Assembly (NCBI GenBank): GCA_049697115.1
Contig: JBAVVD010000021.1
Coordinates: 70,409 to 134,408 of the forward strand
Direction of reading: 5' to 3'
Length of the DNA stretch: 64,000 nt
Source: Candidatus Aminicenantales bacterium
Lineage (GTDB): Bacteria > Acidobacteriota > Aminicenantia > Aminicenantales > UBA4085
In this document: positions 36,263-46,891 of the stretch, in pieces
How the letters are laid out: each line of letters begins with the position of its first letter
Position numbering within the stretch: position 1 is the first letter of the stretch
The notes under the pieces: model-generated
Told to the model about the DNA's origin: nothing
The model's input: the letters and a program-made list of their open reading frames with translations, nothing else
Database searches by the model: none
Position numbers and translations under genes: made by a program

Positions 36263-37240
36263 CTATCCGGAAAGAAGGATCTTGAGTTCGTCCTTCAGCG
36301 GTGGGATGACCTGAAATAAGTCCGCTACGATTCCGTAGTCAGCGACTTTGAAAATCGGGGCCTCGGGGTCCTTATTGATAGCGACAATACACTTGGAGGA
36401 ACTCATACCGGCCAGATGCTGGATGGCCCCGGAGATTCCAAAAGCCATGTACAGGTTTGGGGAGACGGTCTTCCCCGTCTGCCCGACCTGATTTTGATGA
36501 TCAATCCAACCGGAATCCACTGCCGATCGCGAAGCCCCAACAGCCGAGCGAGGTAAAACGGCGGCGAGATCTTTGAGGAGAGCGAAATTTTCCGGTCCTT
36601 TCATTCCCCTTCCTCCGGAGACGATGATCTCCGCCTCAGTCACATCCAGATCCTCGCCTTTTTCTCTCAATACTTCAATGACCCGGCCTTTGACCTGATC
36701 TTCAGAAATATTCATTTCTCTCCGAACCACTTCTCCCGAGTGGCTTTTGAGCTCACCCAGAGGAAAGACATTCGGCCTTAATGTCGCCAGCTGCGGTTTG
36801 GATTTGAGCGTGAACGTCATGAACGCTTTCCCGGCATAGATCGGCCGCGTAAACTCAAGTCGTCCGTCTTTCACAGAGACGCTTGTGCAGTCTGAGGCCA
36901 GGCTCGTGCCGAGCTTTGCCGCCAGCCGGGGCGCCAAGTCTTTGCCCATTGAAGTGGCGGCGAATAGAACGGCCTCCGGATGGACCTCGTTAACCAGATC
37001 AAAAAGGGCAGCCGCGTAGCCCTGCGAAGAATACTCACCGAGCCGGGGGCTCTCCAGCAGAAATACCCTGGAAGCTCCATAAGGAAAAATCTCCGTGGCC
37101 AAATGCTCCATATTGGGTCCGACAAGCGCTGCCGCAACTTCCATATTCAGCTCCCCGGCCCTTCTCTTAGCCTCAAAAAGGACTTCCAAAGAGCTCTTTT
37201 TGACTTTACCCTCTCTTGTTTCTATATAAATGAGAAACAT
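36263..37240 (-). CDS. etfA: Electron transfer flavoprotein alpha subunit
   Basis: C-terminal FAD-binding region ...[28 protein letters not shown]. Confidence 0.9.
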   Translation of the reverse strand: MFLIYIETREGKVKKSSLEVLFEAKRRAGELNMEVAAALVGPNMEHLATEIFPYGASRVFLLESPRLGEYSSQGYAAALFDLVNEVHPEAVLFAATSMGKDLAPRLAAKLGTSLASDCTSVSVKDGRLEFTRPIYAGKAFMTFTLKSKPQLATLRPNVFPLGELKSHSGEVVRREMNISEDQVKGRVIEVLREKGEDLDVTEAEIIVSGGRGMKGPENFALLKDLAAVLPRSAVGASRSAVDSGWIDHQNQVGQTGKTVSPNLYMAFGISGAIQHLAGMSSSKCIVAINKDPEAPIFKVADYGIVADLFQVIPPLKDELKILLSG

Positions 37241-37253
37241 ATTTTTTCTCCTT

Positions 37254-38036
37254 TCAGATGACCTTGGCTTCCTGGCGTAAAAGCGCGACGAGCTTCTTCG
37301 CCGCTTCTTCTGGCATGCCTTGGATAATCGTTCCCGCCTGTCGAACAGGAGGGGGTTCCATCTTAGTTATTTCTATATGAGAAGCCACATCTTCCTTTGT
37401 CAATCCCAATTCTTCCAGAGAAGTACTGGGAATAACCTTCTTTTTGGCAGCCATAATACCTTTCAGGGTTTCGTAACGCGGTTCATTCAGGCCCTTCTGG
37501 GCAGAGACGACCGCGGGCAGGGAAAAGGCCACTTTTTCCGTCCCCCCTTCAATCTCCCGCAGCGCAGTGCCTTGGGAGCCGTCGATCTCCAACTTGGTCA
37601 CAACCGTAGCTTGAGGTAGCCCAAGCATCTCGGCCACCATGGAGGGAAGCTGAGCGTTATCTGATCCGACAGACTGTTTTCCAAAAAGAATCAGGTCAAA
37701 GCCGGAGAATTTCTTTTCCACTGCGCGGGCAATAATTTTGGCAACACGCAGGCCGTCATAAGCCTCCGGGGTGTCATCCTTGAGCAGAGCGGCCTCGTCG
37801 GCACCCATGGCCAGGCATTTTTTGAGAATGGTGATTGATTCGTTGTTCCCGACCGAAACTGCCGTGACCTGCCCGCCTTTGGCTTCTCTCAGGCGGAGGG
37901 CTTCTTCAACCGCATACTCATCATATGGGCTTATGATAAAGTTCAGGCCTTCCTCGATAACACTCTTTGTCTCCTGATTGACACGTATTTTAGATTCTGT
38001 ATCAGGGACTCTCTTAACAAAGACAAGGATGTTCAT
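37254..38036 (-). CDS. etfB: Electron transfer flavoprotein beta subunit
   Basis: MNILVFVKRVPDTESKIRV... is a canonical EtfB N-terminus. GAGGAGGAAGG lies upstream. Confidence 0.9.
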   Translation of the reverse strand: MNILVFVKRVPDTESKIRVNQETKSVIEEGLNFIISPYDEYAVEEALRLREAKGGQVTAVSVGNNESITILKKCLAMGADEAALLKDDTPEAYDGLRVAKIIARAVEKKFSGFDLILFGKQSVGSDNAQLPSMVAEMLGLPQATVVTKLEIDGSQGTALREIEGGTEKVAFSLPAVVSAQKGLNEPRYETLKGIMAAKKKVIPSTSLEELGLTKEDVASHIEITKMEPPPVRQAGTIIQGMPEEAAKKLVALLRQEAKVI

Positions 38037-38211
38037 GCCTTCCTCCTCAATTCGTATTTGTTTGAAATTAAATCATATTCAATCCTCAGGAAAAAGTGAA
38101 GCGCTCCGTGGCAATCCAAAATTTGATAGAAAAAGAGGATGGGTCCTGTCGCGCTGTGTCCCCGTCCGTTCGAAGACCTAGGGTCCGGGGATGGAAGAGA
38201 AAAAATGTCAA

Positions 38212-39489
38212 TTACTCTTCATATCGTCTGAGCAACAGGGAACCGTTTGTCCCGCCAAACCCAAACGAATTACTCAGTCCATAGACAACTTCTGCCGGCC
38301 GGGCCTTGTTCGGGATATAGTCCAGATCACATTCTGGGTCCGGGTGCTCATAATTGATGGTCGGAGGCATGATCTGATGCATCAGACAGAGGGCTGTGAT
38401 TCCTGCTTCAACCCCTCCCGTGGCCCCCAAGATGTGGCCGGTCATGGACTTTGTGGAATTGATCCCAATCTTGGAGGCATGTTCCCCAAATACTTTTTTG
38501 ATCGCCTGGGTCTCAATCTTGTCATTAAATGGAGTGGATGTGCCGTGGGCGTTGATGTACTGGACCTCGTTGGGATCTATTCCCGCATCATCCAGGGCGC
38601 TCTGCATGACACGCACAGCCCCATTGCCATCTGGGCAAGGAGCCGCGACATGGTAGGCGTCGCCGGTCATCCCGTAGCCCACAACCTCAGCGTAAATCTT
38701 TGCTCCCCTCTTCAAGGCCAGTCCCAATTCTTCAAGCAAGACGATTCCGGCCCCCTCACTCATGACGAATCCATCGCGCTGGGCGTCAAAAGGCCGGGAG
38801 GCCTTCTCAGGCGCATCATTCCGTTCCGAAAGGGCTTTCATGGTGCAGAACCCGGCCACTCCCAGCGGAGTAATGGGAGCCTCAGAGCCTCCGGCGATCA
38901 TGCGGTCGGCCTCGCCTCTGGCAATAATCCGGAAGGAATCACCGATGGTATGTGTGCTCGTTGAGCAGGCTGTCGCTGTAGCGGAATTTGGGCCTTTGGC
39001 CCGATATTTTATCGAAACCTGGCCCGAAGCCTCATTGATTATCGTCGAGACCAAGAAAAAGGGAGAAACCCGTTCCGGGCCTTTTTCGAGCAGCACCTTG
39101 TGTGTCTCCTCGATAAGGCCAATCCCCCCGATTCCTGAGCCAATATAAACGCCCGTTCTCTCTCCTTCGAGGATGGCCCGGCTGATGGCGGAATCTTCGA
39201 CAGCCAGATGGGCTGCCGCCAGAGCAAACTGGATAAACAGGTCCATTTTTCGGACTTCTCTTTTATCGATGTAATCATAGGGATTGAATCCCCTGACCTC
39301 TCCAGCGATTCTGGTTGAGTAGCGGGATGTATCAAATTTCGAGATGAAGCCGATCCCGCTCTGGCCGGCTAATAGGGCATCCCAAGTTTTCTGGACTCCT
39401 ATCCCTACAGGAGTGACAAGGCCGATTCCCGTAATAACGACTCTTCGCGGCGAGATAATCTTTTTTTTCTCCCCTCTATTTAGAGACAT
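38212..39489 (-). CDS. fabF: 3-oxoacyl-ACP synthase II
   Basis: [13 protein letters not shown], active-site ATACSTS, HGTSTP, GFGGTNG. Confidence 0.95.
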   Translation of the reverse strand: MSLNRGEKKKIISPRRVVITGIGLVTPVGIGVQKTWDALLAGQSGIGFISKFDTSRYSTRIAGEVRGFNPYDYIDKREVRKMDLFIQFALAAAHLAVEDSAISRAILEGERTGVYIGSGIGGIGLIEETHKVLLEKGPERVSPFFLVSTIINEASGQVSIKYRAKGPNSATATACSTSTHTIGDSFRIIARGEADRMIAGGSEAPITPLGVAGFCTMKALSERNDAPEKASRPFDAQRDGFVMSEGAGIVLLEELGLALKRGAKIYAEVVGYGMTGDAYHVAAPCPDGNGAVRVMQSALDDAGIDPNEVQYINAHGTSTPFNDKIETQAIKKVFGEHASKIGINSTKSMTGHILGATGGVEAGITALCLMHQIMPPTINYEHPDPECDLDYIPNKARPAEVVYGLSNSFGFGGTNGSLLLRRYEE

Positions 39490-39724
39490 GGCTCAAGATA
39501 TACTCAATGGCCTTGCCGACCGTAGTCAACTTCTCTGCGTCATCATCCGGAATGTCCATTCCAAATTCATCCTCCAAAGCCATAACGAGTTCCACTGTGT
39601 CCAGAGAATCTGCCCCCAAATCCTCAATGAATGATGCTTCCTCGGTGACCTGGTCTTCACTGATGCTCAGTTTGTCTGCGACAATCAATTTCATTTTCTT
39701 CAGTAATTCTTCTCTGTCCATCAT
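39476..39724 (-). CDS. acpP: Acyl carrier protein
   Basis: [27 protein letters not shown] precedes the ATGATG at 39724/39721. The ORF-track start 39748 adds 8 residues. Confidence 0.9.
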   Translation of the reverse strand: MMDREELLKKMKLIVADKLSISEDQVTEEASFIEDLGADSLDTVELVMALEDEFGMDIPDDDAEKLTTVGKAIEYILSHVSK

Positions 39725-39785
39725 TTCCTCCTCTTTCGTTAAATTCAATATTTGACGGCGGAACGTACAGAGCTGTCTTTTGCTC

Positions 39786-40526
39786 TCACATATACAATCC
39801 GCCGTTTAAATGGATGACCTGTCCGGTGATATAGGCGGCTTCATCCGAAAGCAGAAACTTAACAACAGAGGCCACTTCTCGGGGCTCTCCAAACCGCTTC
39901 ATCGGAATCAATTCCATAAATATCTTCTTAACGTTCCCGGAAAGGCTCTCTGTCATGGACGTGGCAATGTATCCTGGAGCCACACAATTGGCCGTGATTC
40001 CACGACCGGCCACTTCCCGGGCCAGAGATTTTGTAAATCCGATGACTCCCGCTTTGGAGGCCGCATAGTTGGCCTGGCCGACATTGCCCATCACTCCAAC
40101 GACCGAAGAAACATTAACGATTCTTCCATAGCGGTCACTGATCATATTCCGGATGACTGCCTTTGTAAAATTAAAGATTCCTTTGAGATTGACCGCCAGC
40201 ACGGCATCCCATTCTTCTTCCTTCATCCGCATCAAAAGATTATCCCGGGTGATACCGGCATTATTGACGAGATGGTCAATCTTCTGATGCTCTTTAATAA
40301 CCGTTTCGACGACTTCCACGGCTTGATCCATGCGGGTGACATCAGCCGGATAGACAGAAGCTTTTCCGCCTTTTTCCATAATCCTCTGAGCGACTTCCTC
40401 GAGCTTCTCTTTCTGGATATCCACAAGGACAACGGCGGCTCCTTCTCTGGCGAGCTCAAAAGCGATCGCTTCCCCGATTCCCTGAGAGGCCCCGGTAATC
40501 AAAGACACTTTTTCCGAGAAAATCAT
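39786..40526 (-). CDS. fabG: 3-oxoacyl-ACP reductase
   Basis: [13 protein letters not shown] and YAASKAG SDR motifs. Confidence 0.9.
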   Translation of the reverse strand: MIFSEKVSLITGASQGIGEAIAFELAREGAAVVLVDIQKEKLEEVAQRIMEKGGKASVYPADVTRMDQAVEVVETVIKEHQKIDHLVNNAGITRDNLLMRMKEEEWDAVLAVNLKGIFNFTKAVIRNMISDRYGRIVNVSSVVGVMGNVGQANYAASKAGVIGFTKSLAREVAGRGITANCVAPGYIATSMTESLSGNVKKIFMELIPMKRFGEPREVASVVKFLLSDEAAYITGQVIHLNGGLYM

Positions 40527-41540
40527 TTAATCCTTCACTCCTCCCACGGCTTGGGCAACTTTGGCCAATTCCTGTTGCATTTTCTCTTGAACCCGGTGCG
40601 TAACGAAGTCCTTCGCCATCCTTATGGCATTCTTGACAGCATATGGGCTCGAGCGGCCGTGGCCGATGATACAGACGCCGTTCAATCCGAGCAAATGCGC
40701 TCCGCCGTATTCAGAATAATCGACTCTTTTAAAAATCTTTTTCAGATTTCTCTCCATCAAGAAAAACCCGATCTTTGCGAACAGGTTTTTCATGATTTCA
40801 TGGCGGGCCATGGAAAAAAAGACTTCGACAATCCCTTCGCTGGCTTTGAGGGCGACATTTCCAGTAAATCCGTCGCTGACAATAATATCCGCTTTCCCGG
40901 AATAAATATCTTTCCCCTCCACATTTCCGATAAAATTGAGCTCCGAAATCTGAAGCCTCCGGAAGGCCTCCCTCGTCAAATCATTTCCTTTGGACTTCTC
41001 CTCGCCAATGCTCATAAGCCCGATCCGGGGATTTCTCAGTGCTAGGACACTTTCCATAAAAATTTTTCCCATGAAGGCAAACTGCTCCAGATCGACGGGA
41101 CGGCAGTTGGCATTGGCCCCCACATCCAGGAGCAGGGTCAAACCCTTTAAGGTCGGCACAAGCAAAGCCAGGGCTGGCTTTTGGACGCCCTGGAGAGCTC
41201 CCAGGACTTTCCGGGAAATATAAACAACCGCGGCTGTGTTTCCTGTACTGACCAGAGCATCGGCCTGCTTCTCTTTGACCAGTTGAACACCGATACGGAT
41301 GGAAGATTTGTTCTTCTTACGAAAAGAAAAAATCCCCTCGCTCATGCCAATCGCTTCCGGAGCATCTATAATGGTCACCCGGGCATCTGTGTTTCTATGC
41401 CTGTCAAACTCTCTTTTGATCAGTTTTTCGACGCCAACAAGAATCACTTCAAGGTTATACGCTTTTGAAGCATTGACGGCCCCTTCAACAATCACTCCAG
41501 GGCCAAAATCTCCCCCCATCGCATCCACAACGATTTTCAT
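40527..41540 (-). CDS. plsX: Phosphate acyltransferase PlsX
   Basis: MKIVVDAMGGDFGP... and GNVALK motifs. Confidence 0.95.
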   Translation of the reverse strand: MKIVVDAMGGDFGPGVIVEGAVNASKAYNLEVILVGVEKLIKREFDRHRNTDARVTIIDAPEAIGMSEGIFSFRKKNKSSIRIGVQLVKEKQADALVSTGNTAAVVYISRKVLGALQGVQKPALALLVPTLKGLTLLLDVGANANCRPVDLEQFAFMGKIFMESVLALRNPRIGLMSIGEEKSKGNDLTREAFRRLQISELNFIGNVEGKDIYSGKADIIVSDGFTGNVALKASEGIVEVFFSMARHEIMKNLFAKIGFFLMERNLKKIFKRVDYSEYGGAHLLGLNGVCIIGHGRSSPYAVKNAIRMAKDFVTHRVQEKMQQELAKVAQAVGGVKD

Positions 41541-41554
41541 CTGAGAGTCCCTGC

Positions 41555-41737
41555 TTATTCTTCAGCTTCTAGGATCACCTGTCTTCCCTTATAGAATCCA
41601 CACTCCGGACAGGCCCGATGTGGCAGTTTGGGCGTGCCGCAGTTTGAACATAAGGAAAAGGAAGGAATGACAAGGGCATCATGGGTCCTTCTTTTTCCTT
41701 TTCTGGAATGAGAATGTCTTCGTTTTGGATTAGGCAT
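41555..41737 (-). CDS. rpmF: 50S ribosomal protein L32
   Basis: MPNPKRRHSHSRKGKRR plus a CxxC...CxxC zinc ribbon. Confidence 0.9.
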   Translation of the reverse strand: MPNPKRRHSHSRKGKRRTHDALVIPSFSLCSNCGTPKLPHRACPECGFYKGRQVILEAEE

Positions 41738-42253
41738 TTAACTCTTATCTTTCATGAATATTTTAAGTGTATCCATTCTTGAATCGGATTCTTTAACCAG
41801 GCAGCCGCAATTCCCGCTGCGGCGGATTTTGCCGCACACCGCGCAGATCCCTTCGCACTTATCTGAGCAGAGGGGCTTCATGGGGAAGGTCAGGTTTAAT
41901 TGCTCCAGGATGATTTCACGAATATTGATATGGTGGCCATAAAACAAGTTGTTGATATCCTCATCATCCAGCTCTTCCTTGAGCACATCCCGTTCTTCGG
42001 GGAGGAAAATCAGGTCGAATTTCGAATCCACAGTGAAATTAAAAGGTGTCAGGCACCGGCTGCAGACAAAGCTGAAACAAGATTCAATTCTCCCCTTGAC
42101 GGAGATTTCCTGCCCGATCTTCTTCACCGTCACCTCGGCATGGACAGGTTCGAGAAATACCACCTCCTCTTCCACAAGTTCCATACTCCCATAATTATAA
42201 TCGCGGCTGATTTTTAGCCCATCTTTAGGAAGTTGATCCACATGTATAATCAT
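41738..42253 (-). CDS. yceD: YceD/DUF177 family protein (large-subunit rRNA accumulation protein)
   Basis: Conserved position upstream of rpmF-plsX, with a C-terminal Cys cluster CSDKCEGICAVCG. Confidence 0.85.
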   Translation of the reverse strand: MIIHVDQLPKDGLKISRDYNYGSMELVEEEVVFLEPVHAEVTVKKIGQEISVKGRIESCFSFVCSRCLTPFNFTVDSKFDLIFLPEERDVLKEELDDEDINNLFYGHHINIREIILEQLNLTFPMKPLCSDKCEGICAVCGKIRRSGNCGCLVKESDSRMDTLKIFMKDKS

Positions 42254-42277
42254 CGTTTTTCCAAAATAAATGCCTTT

Positions 42278-42305
42278 ATTATACTAACTTACCTCTCTTT
42301 GTCAA
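42278..42305 (-). promoter_or_regulatory. Sigma70-type promoter TTGACA-16-TATAAT for yceD-rpmF-plsX-fab operon
   Basis: In minus sense, TTGACAAAGAGAGGTAAGTTAGTATAAT. Both hexamers are consensus. Confidence 0.55.
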
Positions 42306-42535
42306 CAAGAAGGGTCCCTCCAAAATTGCCAATAGACATTTGAGTATCATTGTATCTCTTTTAAATTTTCGGAAATAGAAAGAAAAGAGATTCATTCAAG
42401 AATGATATCCGGATGGATCGAAGCGACCAGTGAAGGCGAAACCTTCCCGAGGCGCTATTGGAGGGAAGAGGAAAAATAAATCGGGCCCATGATCAACTTG
42501 ATTCTTCTCTCAAAAGAGATTAATAATAGAAAGTA

Positions 42536-42802
42536 ATGAGCGGCTTCAACAACGAGATCAAATATAAAGGAATCTCCCTTCACGTCCAAACGCAGGACAA
42601 AGGGCTCCAGGCCCAATACGTCGAAACTCTCATCTATAAGGCAGGAAGGCTTATTTTCTCTCAAAAGTCCTCTTATACCCAATTTCTCGAAGATCCCGCC
42701 CTCAAGACAAAAATCGCCCAGATCATGGAAAAACAGCACTTCACCTTCTTAAATGAAATTTATGATGGGAAGTACGACCGCTACCTCCTCTCTGAAAGAT
42801 GA
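42536..42802 (+). CDS. Hypothetical 88-aa protein translationally coupled to polA
   Basis: ATGA overlap with the polA start. N-terminus ...YKGISLHVQTQDKG...VETLIYKAGRLIF. No family recognised. Confidence 0.5.
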   Translation: MSGFNNEIKYKGISLHVQTQDKGLQAQYVETLIYKAGRLIFSQKSSYTQFLEDPALKTKIAQIMEKQHFTFLNEIYDGKYDRYLLSER

Positions 42803-45477
42803 TGAATGGAGACAAAATCTTCCTCATCGACGGTAACTCCCTCCTCTACCGTTCCTATTACGCCATTCAGCACCTGTCCACTTCTCAGGGCTTTCCCACG
42901 AATGCCATCTTCGGATTCATCAATATACTCCGGAAATTTATGGAGAAAGAAAAACCCCGCTACCTGGGAATCGTTTTCGACACACCGGGCCCCACGTTCC
43001 GCCACGAGGTTTTCAAGGAATATAAAGCTCACCGCAAGCCCATGCCTGAGGACCTTGTCCAACAGGTTCCCGTCTTAAAACAAATCATCCAGGCCTTTAA
43101 CATTCCCATCTTTGAATATGAAAAATACGAAGCCGATGATGTCTTGGGAAGCCTGGCCGGCGAGGCATCTGCCCACAAGTGCCAAACCGTCATTGTTACC
43201 ACCGACAAAGACCTCTTTCAGCTCGTCGATAAAACAACCGCCGTCTACAATCCGGCCAAGGAGATGTACCTGGATGAACAAAAGGTCAAGGAATTCTTCG
43301 GCGCTTTCCCTTCCCAGGTTGTCGATGTCCTTGCCCTCTGGGGAGATCCATCAGATAACATCCCGGGCGTGCCCGGAATCGGAGAGAAGACCTCTAAAAA
43401 ACTTATCAATCAGTTCGGATCCCTGGAAAATCTCCTTAAAAACCTTGGACAAATCAAGAATCCAAAGCTCAAGGAAAAAATCGAGCAAAACCTGGACGCA
43501 CTTCGCTTGAGCCAGAAGCTGGCGACCATTGAAAAAGAGCTGGATATTCCCTTTCGGCTCCATGACTTTGCCGTATCCGAACCGAACGATAAAGAAATTC
43601 TTCGGCTCTACCAGGAACTCGAGTTCTCATCCCTCCTCTCGGAACATCTCAAATCCCCCAAAAAAGCTCCCAAAAAATACACGGTTGTTTTCAAAGAAAA
43701 AGAGCTTCAAGAACAGGTGGAGAGAATGAAAAGAGCCAAATTCCTTTCTCTGGACACAGAAACAGACAGCGTCTCTCCCACCCAGGCCCATCTCGTCGGG
43801 ATCTCCTTCTCTTTGGAGCCCGGGGAAGCTTTTTATCTCCCCCTCGGTCACGATTATCCTGGCGCGACCACGCAGATTCCCAAAGAGAAAGCGTTGCGTC
43901 TTCTCAGAGACGTGCTCCAAGATCCAAAGATAAAAAAAATCGGTCAGAATATTAAGTATGACTTGATCATTCTTAAAAGAGAGGAAATCTCCTTGGAGGG
44001 AATTGACCTGGATACAATGGTCCTGTCCTATCTTCTGGAGCCAAACTGGGGGAAACACAACCTGAATAAGTTGGCCCTCCATTATCTTCAGGCCAAATCC
44101 ATTCCCTATCACGAGGTGGTCGGAAAAGGCAAGAATGAATTGACTATGAACCGTGTGGAAATCGAAAAAGTCACTCCCTATGCCTGCCAGGATGCGGACT
44201 TTGCCTTTGAACTGAGCCAGATTTTATGGCCACGAGTTAAGGAAAAGAAATTGGATACCCTTTACAGGGAAATCGAGAAGCCCCTGATCGAGGTTTTGGC
44301 TGAAATGGAGATGGCCGGAGTGAAAATCGACGCAGAAGCCCTCAAAGGCCTCTCCGTAGAGTTGGAGGCTGAACTCTCTCTCCTGGAGAAGAAAATCTAT
44401 GAAACAAGCGGTGTGAAATTCAACATCAATTCCCCTCAGCAGCTGGCCCACATTCTCTTTAATAAAATGAACCTCCCTCCCTCACGGAAAACCAAAATTA
44501 CCCGGGGATATTCCACCTCCATCAACATTCTCCAGGAACTGGCTCCTCTCCATCCCATTGCCCGGTACGCCCTGGACTACAGGCAGCTTTCAAAGCTCAA
44601 ATCCACTTATGCGGATGCACTGCCCCTCTTGATCAATCCGGAGACCGGAAGGATTCACACCTCATATAACCAGACGGTTGCGGCCACTGGCCGCCTTTCC
44701 AGCTCCAATCCGAACCTTCAGAACATCCCGGCCCGCGGAGAAATGGGAAAGAGGTTCCGTCAGGCCTTTATTCCAGAAAAGGGGTGTCTTTTCCTCACCG
44801 CTGATTATTCCCAGATTGAACTCCGGGTTCTGGCCCATCTCTCGGAAGACCCGGCCCTTGTTGAATCATTCCTCCACGATCGCGATATCCATGAGGAAAC
44901 CGCCCTGCGCGTATTCGGAACCACGTCTTCCCTCTACAAAGAGGAACAACGCCGGAAAGCGAAGGTCATCAACTTCAGCATAATCTACGGGACTTCTGCC
45001 TTTTCTTTGGCCAAAGAGCTGCAGACCTCGACTTCGGAAGCGCAAAAATTCATCGACCGCTATTACGAAAAATACCCGAAGGTTCAGGAGTTCCTGGAAA
45101 AGATCGTCGAGGAAGCAAAGAGCTGCGGGTTCTCCAAAACTCTCTTTGGGAGGATCCGACAGGTCCCGGAGCTCAAGCAGTCGGAAAATTCAATCCGTCA
45201 GGCCGGCCGCCGCATCGCCCTCAACACTCCCATCCAGGGTTCGGCCGCAGATTTAATGAAAAAAGCAATGATCGATATCTGGCGGGAATTGCATCGGCAG
45301 AATTTGCAAACACAGATGATTCTTCAGGTCCACGATGAGCTGGTATTTGAAGTCCCGGGAAGAGAAAAGGCCGAGGTGGAAGGTATCGTTAAAGAGAGAT
45401 TGGAGCATGTTTTTCCGCTCAAAATCCCGTTAAAAGTTCAGCTCGGATGGGGGCCGAATTGGGCCGAAGCGAAATAG
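42799..45477 (+). CDS. polA: DNA polymerase I (5'-3' exo, 3'-5' exo and polymerase domains)
   Basis: FLIDGNSLLYRSYYA, LDTETDS, RRKAKVINFSIIYG, QVHDELVFE. Confidence 0.97.
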   Translation: MMNGDKIFLIDGNSLLYRSYYAIQHLSTSQGFPTNAIFGFINILRKFMEKEKPRYLGIVFDTPGPTFRHEVFKEYKAHRKPMPEDLVQQVPVLKQIIQAFNIPIFEYEKYEADDVLGSLAGEASAHKCQTVIVTTDKDLFQLVDKTTAVYNPAKEMYLDEQKVKEFFGAFPSQVVDVLALWGDPSDNIPGVPGIGEKTSKKLINQFGSLENLLKNLGQIKNPKLKEKIEQNLDALRLSQKLATIEKELDIPFRLHDFAVSEPNDKEILRLYQELEFSSLLSEHLKSPKKAPKKYTVVFKEKELQEQVERMKRAKFLSLDTETDSVSPTQAHLVGISFSLEPGEAFYLPLGHDYPGATTQIPKEKALRLLRDVLQDPKIKKIGQNIKYDLIILKREEISLEGIDLDTMVLSYLLEPNWGKHNLNKLALHYLQAKSIPYHEVVGKGKNELTMNRVEIEKVTPYACQDADFAFELSQILWPRVKEKKLDTLYREIEKPLIEVLAEMEMAGVKIDAEALKGLSVELEAELSLLEKKIYETSGVKFNINSPQQLAHILFNKMNLPPSRKTKITRGYSTSINILQELAPLHPIARYALDYRQLSKLKSTYADALPLLINPETGRIHTSYNQTVAATGRLSSSNPNLQNIPARGEMGKRFRQAFIPEKGCLFLTADYSQIELRVLAHLSEDPALVESFLHDRDIHEETALRVFGTTSSLYKEEQRRKAKVINFSIIYGTSAFSLAKELQTSTSEAQKFIDRYYEKYPKVQEFLEKIVEEAKSCGFSKTLFGRIRQVPELKQSENSIRQAGRRIALNTPIQGSAADLMKKAMIDIWRELHRQNLQTQMILQVHDELVFEVPGREKAEVEGIVKERLEHVFPLKIPLKVQLGWGPNWAEAK

Positions 45478-45543
45478 AGAATCAACGGAAGTCTTCATAA
45501 TTCTCGCCGTTTTAGAGATTGTGAAAAGGGGAAAAAAGAATTT

Positions 45544-45572
45544 TTGACAGCCGATATTTCCTGTGTTATAAG
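45544..45572 (+). promoter_or_regulatory. Sigma70-type promoter TTGACA-17-TATAAG upstream of the MgtE-sensor/NRAMP pair
   Basis: Hexamers and spacing read directly from the sequence. AAAGGAG follows at 45581-45587. Confidence 0.5.
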
Positions 45573-45589
45573 CAAGTTTTAAAGGAGTT

Positions 45590-46891
45590 GTGTCGGCCTC
45601 AATGAATCTGGAGCTGAACCAAAAAATCGGTCAAGAGGCGAGTGTAAAAATGTTCGTCTACGTCTCAGAAATCCTGGGTTGTCCGGTGCTTGATGCGCAC
45701 GGCCATTCCCAAGGAAAATTAACCGACTTGAAAGTCAAGCTGGGAGAGCTCTTTCCAAAAGTGACAACCCTGGTGGTTAAAAAGAGGGGGGAGAGAAAGC
45801 CTATAGAACTGGAGTGGATCGGCGTGCAAAGCTTTTACAGTCACACGGTCCAACTCAACCCAGGCGCTGAGATAAAATTCAAGCCCCTTGAAGTTAAAAC
45901 GGATGAGATCCTGCTGCGAGAGGAGCTTTTGGACAAGCAGGTGGTAGACACTTTCGGAGCCAAAATCGAACGGGTGAACGACATCCATCTTCTGGTTGTG
46001 AACAAAGAGCTCCGTATTGTTCATGTGGATTACGGGATCAGAGGGATTCTGCGCCGCCTTGGCTGGCTGAAGACAATGGACGCCCTCAGCAACTGGCTCT
46101 TTGCCTTTCAATTCAAAGAAAAAATGATCTCCTGGAAATACATCCAGCCGCTCTCCAGCGATCCCAGAAAGAAGAACCTCAAGCTGAATGTAACGTCAAG
46201 AAAAATCCATGAGATCCATCCCTCAGATCTGGCGGACATCATCGAAGAGCTCGATCGGTTCAACCGTTCCACGATCTTCCAGTTCCTGGATTTGCAGACC
46301 GCCGCTCAGACGCTTGAGGAGGTCGATCCCAAGCTTCAGGTCGCCTTGATCCAATCCGCCACTGTAGAAAAAGCCTCTGATATCCTGGAGGAAATGGCTC
46401 CCGACGAGGCAACAGACCTGCTCGCTGACCTGCCGGAGGAAAAAAAGCAGAAATTGATCCGGACCATGGAGAAGCTCTCACGAGAGGCCGTTGAAGAGCT
46501 CCTCAAGTTTGAAGAGGGAACAGCCGGAAGCATTATGACCAGTGAATTTTTTTCAATCATCCAGGATCAGACCATCGGGGACGCCATAGAAAAATTCAAG
46601 ACAACGATTCACCCGCTGGAAACCCTGGCCTACATCTATGTCACAGACAGGGAAAACCATCTTGTGGGCGTCTCCACGTTACGGTACCTCATTACCTGTC
46701 CCAGAGACACCCCTCTGTCGCAGCTGATGAATACACATCTCATTAAGGTTGAGCCGGAAGACGACGTGGACAAGGTCGCTGCGCTTTTCAAAAAGTATAA
46801 ACTCATGTCTCTGCCCGTCATCGACCAGGACAATGTCCTGAAAGGAATTATCACCCTTCAGGACATTATGGAATTAGAATTCAAGGAATAA
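45590..46891 (+). CDS. Soluble MgtE-type cytoplasmic module: PRC-barrel(s), MgtE N-domain and CBS pair, with no transmembrane domain (start uncertain)
   Basis: IHPSDLADIIEELD..., DEATDLLADLPEEKKQKLI and AGSIMTSEF motifs, then two CBS motifs. The ORF stops right after CBS2, where MgtE channels continue into 5 TM helices. Confidence 0.8.
   Translation: MSASMNLELNQKIGQEASVKMFVYVSEILGCPVLDAHGHSQGKLTDLKVKLGELFPKVTTLVVKKRGERKPIELEWIGVQSFYSHTVQLNPGAEIKFKPLEVKTDEILLREELLDKQVVDTFGAKIERVNDIHLLVVNKELRIVHVDYGIRGILRRLGWLKTMDALSNWLFAFQFKEKMISWKYIQPLSSDPRKKNLKLNVTSRKIHEIHPSDLADIIEELDRFNRSTIFQFLDLQTAAQTLEEVDPKLQVALIQSATVEKASDILEEMAPDEATDLLADLPEEKKQKLIRTMEKLSREAVEELLKFEEGTAGSIMTSEFFSIIQDQTIGDAIEKFKTTIHPLETLAYIYVTDRENHLVGVSTLRYLITCPRDTPLSQLMNTHLIKVEPEDDVDKVAALFKKYKLMSLPVIDQDNVLKGIITLQDIMELEFKE

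Noticed and set aside
38178-38188. CTAGGGTCCGG resembles the 5' end of the guanidine-I (ykkC) riboswitch.
   Set aside because: Only this short stretch matches and the rest of the ykkC consensus is absent. It lies on the plus strand between two minus-strand genes (fabF, etfB), with no downstream plus-strand gene.
42455-42739. 94-aa minus-strand ORF spanning the yceD/small-protein divergent region.
   Set aside because: It overlaps the better-supported plus-strand 88-aa gene, which is coupled to polA, and its promoter region. It has no SD and no recognisable motifs.
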